Assembly: GCA_038245295.1 (NCBI GenBank)
Contig: JBBRSP010000018.1
Span: forward strand, 41,697-105,696
Direction of reading: 5' to 3'
Length of the DNA: 64,000 nucleotides
Source of the DNA: Candidatus Binatia bacterium
GTDB taxonomy: Bacteria; Desulfobacterota; Binatia; HRBIN30
Shown: positions 61,418 through 64,000 of the stretch, one piece after another
Layout of the letters: the number at the start of each line of letters is the position of its first letter
How positions within the stretch are numbered: the stretch's first letter is position 1
The notes under the pieces: model-generated
Told to the model about the DNA's origin: nothing
Database searches by the model: none
What the model saw: only the letters and a program-made list of their open reading frames with translations
Made by a program: the position numbers and the translations under genes

Positions 61418-62779
61418 ATGACGAACACGATCCGAACGCTGGTGAGTGTGGCAGTGGCTTTGGGCATGCTGGCTGGCTGTGGCGAGGACAACTCCTCGTC
61501 GACGCAGTCGCTCGATCAGAGTCTGCGCAGCGCGATGCGTAGTGCAGGTATCAGCCCATTGGATTCCGGTCCCACGCCGGCGCCCGAGAAGGTCGCGCTG
61601 GGCCGGGCTCTGATGTTCGATAAGGAGATCAGCGGCAACCGCGATACGAGTTGCGCTACCTGTCACCATCCCCTGATGCACACCGGCGACGCCTTATCCG
61701 TGTCGATCGGCACCGGCGGGCGTGGATTGGGCCCGGCACGCATTCTCGGTGCCGGCCGTAGCTTCATCCCTCGCAACGCTCCCGAAGTCTTCAATCGTGG
61801 CTCCTCCGAATGGCTTACGATGTTCTGGGATCTGCGCGTCTCCAGAACGCCGCAAAGCGGCTTCGTCTCACCGGCGGGCGCCACGCTCCCCACCGGGCTG
61901 GATAATGTCCTTGCGGTGCAGGCAATGTTCCCGGTGACCTCGAACGACGAAATGCGCGGCAAGCCCGGCGACGCCGATGTGTTCGGTGCGCCGAATGAGA
62001 TCTCCACAATCGATCCAACCGACTTCCCAGCGATCTGGGATGCCTTGATGCAACGGGTGCTGGCGATTCCTGCATACATAACGCTGCTCGACGCCGCCTA
62101 TCCCGGCGTCTCGACCGATGCGCTCGGCTTCCAGCACGTCGCCAACGCGCTGGCTGCGTTCGAGATACACGCGTGGACGTATCTTGGCAGTCCGTGGGAC
62201 CACTACGTCGAGGGTGACGATTCAGCGATGATGGACGACGCCAAGCGCGGCGCCATTCTGTTCTTCGGTACAGCCGGATGCGCTAAGTGTCACAGTGGCA
62301 ACCTGCTCACGGATCAGAAGACACACAACCTGGGTGCCCCACAGGTCGGCCCCGGCAAGGGAGGAGAAGCGCCGCAGGACCTTGGTCGTTGGCGAGTCAC
62401 CGCGAACGCCGCCGACAAGTATGCCTTCCGCACGCCGCCGTTGCGGAACGTGAGCATGACCGGACCGTGGCTGCACGACGGCGCCTTCACCACGCTACGC
62501 GCCGCCGTGCAGCACGTGCTCGATCCGGCGACGTCGCTACGCCAATACGATCCGACACAGCTCTCGCCCGAAATGCAGGACACCTTCCAGGGTGACGCGG
62601 CGACAATCGACGCCATCCTGGCGAACCTCGACGCTGATGTTGCCACACCTCGCCACCTGTCTGATGCGGAGGTCGACTCTCTTCTCAGCTTCCTCGAGGC
62701 ATTAACCGATCCGGCGGCGGCCGACCAAAGCGCAGACATCCCGGACGCGGTCCCGAGCGGCTTGCCGGTCTACGATTGA
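61418..62779 (+). CDS. Di-haem cytochrome c peroxidase / MauG family lipoprotein
   Basis: Lipobox LAGC; CATCH and CAKCH; RNAP, MFWD.R, FRTPPLRNV..T.PWLHDG; GGAGG RBS. Confidence 0.92.
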   Translation: MTNTIRTLVSVAVALGMLAGCGEDNSSSTQSLDQSLRSAMRSAGISPLDSGPTPAPEKVALGRALMFDKEISGNRDTSCATCHHPLMHTGDALSVSIGTGGRGLGPARILGAGRSFIPRNAPEVFNRGSSEWLTMFWDLRVSRTPQSGFVSPAGATLPTGLDNVLAVQAMFPVTSNDEMRGKPGDADVFGAPNEISTIDPTDFPAIWDALMQRVLAIPAYITLLDAAYPGVSTDALGFQHVANALAAFEIHAWTYLGSPWDHYVEGDDSAMMDDAKRGAILFFGTAGCAKCHSGNLLTDQKTHNLGAPQVGPGKGGEAPQDLGRWRVTANAADKYAFRTPPLRNVSMTGPWLHDGAFTTLRAAVQHVLDPATSLRQYDPTQLSPEMQDTFQGDAATIDAILANLDADVATPRHLSDAEVDSLLSFLEALTDPAAADQSADIPDAVPSGLPVYD

Positions 62780-62823
62780 GTCTGGCGAACATCGGCGCGG
62801 CCGTCGCCTCCGCAGACGTTGCG

Positions 62824-62919
62824 CCAGGGCAATGGGTCCTGGCCCCGTTTCCGCTGGCGCAACGCTTGGTTTCCTTGATGAATTCCCCTGACAGAAACGG
62901 GTCCTGTCCCCTTTTTTCC
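62824..62919. repeat. ~95-bp repeat, copy 2
   Basis: Direct repeat of 61045-61139. Confidence 0.9.
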
Positions 62920-63023
62920 GACCTTCCCACAGCCACTTCCTTGACACAGCCTCGAGGAGCGAAGTAGTTGAGCGGCCTTCAGGAATTTGCGAGCATCAAG
63001 GTGACAGAGCCGCTTGTCGTACC

Positions 63024-63818
63024 ATGTTTGACCACTCCCCCTTCGAGCCGACCATCTTTGGCTATGGTTCGTACTATCTCGGGTTCTGCGCTCGTTATTT
63101 CCTGCTTGCCGGAGGCCTCTACTGGTTCTTCCAGGTAGGGTTCAAAGAACGCTGGTTGGCGTATCGAATCCAGAGGACCTTCGCCGCACCCAAGGACCTT
63201 CGCCACGAGGTCCTGTGGTCACTCATCAACGCCGCGTTTACCGGAATAGCCGCCCTCCTCACCTACTACCTGGTCCAAACCGGCTACTCGCGGGTGTACT
63301 TCCATTTCGAAGATTACGGCTGGCCGTACTTTTTCGTGTCGATTCTGATCTACCTTCTCGTCTACGACACCTTCACCTACTGGCAACATCGCCTGATGCA
63401 CACGCGTTGGCTGTTCCGCCATGTCCACGCGGTGCATCACCGGGTTGGCAACCCTACGGCACTGGCGACCTTCGCCCTGCATCCCATCGAAAACATCCCT
63501 GGCAATCTGTACCTTGTGGTTTTTGTGGCGCTGGTACCCATCCATCCGCTGGCGCTGACGCTGAGCGCCGCCAGCGTCTCCCTGTACGGAATCATGGTCC
63601 ATCTGGGCTACGAGTTCTGCCCGTCCTGGTTCTTCCACCACCGCGTGTTCGGATGTTTTCTCACGTCGACGCACCACAACATGCATCATCGTTTTGTCGG
63701 CTGTAACTACGGCGCATTTTTTCGCCTCTGGGATAGCTTGATGGGCACGGGTCACCCCGCCTACGATGACGCTTTCGACGCTATCGCGCTGCGCCGGCAG
63801 GCGAGCGCCGGCCGCTGA
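63024..63818 (+). CDS. Sterol desaturase / fatty acid hydroxylase family protein
   Basis: His boxes HRLMH, HAVHH, HHNMHH; NYG.FF..WD...GT. Confidence 0.92.
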   Translation: MFDHSPFEPTIFGYGSYYLGFCARYFLLAGGLYWFFQVGFKERWLAYRIQRTFAAPKDLRHEVLWSLINAAFTGIAALLTYYLVQTGYSRVYFHFEDYGWPYFFVSILIYLLVYDTFTYWQHRLMHTRWLFRHVHAVHHRVGNPTALATFALHPIENIPGNLYLVVFVALVPIHPLALTLSAASVSLYGIMVHLGYEFCPSWFFHHRVFGCFLTSTHHNMHHRFVGCNYGAFFRLWDSLMGTGHPAYDDAFDAIALRRQASAGR

Positions 63819-63859
63819 TGTCACGCCCGCAAGGGCAAGGGGCGAAGTAGGAACACCGC

Positions 63860-64000
63860 GGGTGTGCGTCGTAGATGTGGGTAATTGCAACGAGGGCTTG
63901 CCTGTGTCAAGATTCTACCAGTATATAAGGCTGGTAGAGGAGGTGGCGGGGATGGCAAGGACGATCGAGGAGCTGGAAGGCAAACGTGCAGAGGTGCTCA
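63860..64000 (+). mobile_element. Probable left end of an insertion sequence (ISKra4-like), truncated by window edge
   Basis: GGGTGTGCGTC terminus-like sequence at 63860, TTGCCT-N18-TATATA, GGAGG RBS and ORF start at 63951 (MARTIEELEGKRAEVL). Confidence 0.5.

Overview
GC-rich bacterial chromosomal window with about 45 genes. The Cys/Ca-rich secreted proteins, CxGDC dockerin-like tail and DUF1302/DUF1329 genes suggest a Binatia-like deltaproteobacterium (inference only). Left end: a truncated secreted-protein tail, a frameshifted GIY-YIG nuclease, a decayed winged-helix gene, a 1842-aa multi-propeller surface protein and an orphan MotA/MotB-like pair. 9.6-24 kb: lipid/sulfur metabolic genes (hydrolase, DUF2855, acyl-CoA ligase, cysK, two-domain class III CoA-transferase, oxygenase, ferredoxin, aminotransferase, TauE) interspersed with several REP/MITE-like repeat families. 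24-32 kb: two paralogous DUF1302-like outer-membrane proteins, a YCF48-like protein and DUF1329. 32-47 kb: clpB, prkA-yeaH-spoVR, ispF, moeA, an ntrBC-like pair and thiE. 47-59 kb: a cluster of GT-C-fold membrane glycosyltransferases, including a GT39 + DUF2298 (YYY) + NHL triple fusion; this is the best candidate for an uncharacterised envelope glycosylation system. Right end: RHH protein, DUF445, a di-haem peroxidase bracketed by ~95-bp direct repeats, a sterol desaturase-family gene and the probable left end of an IS. No rRNA, tRNA or CRISPR array was recognised. All family calls come from motif recognition by eye; no searches were run.
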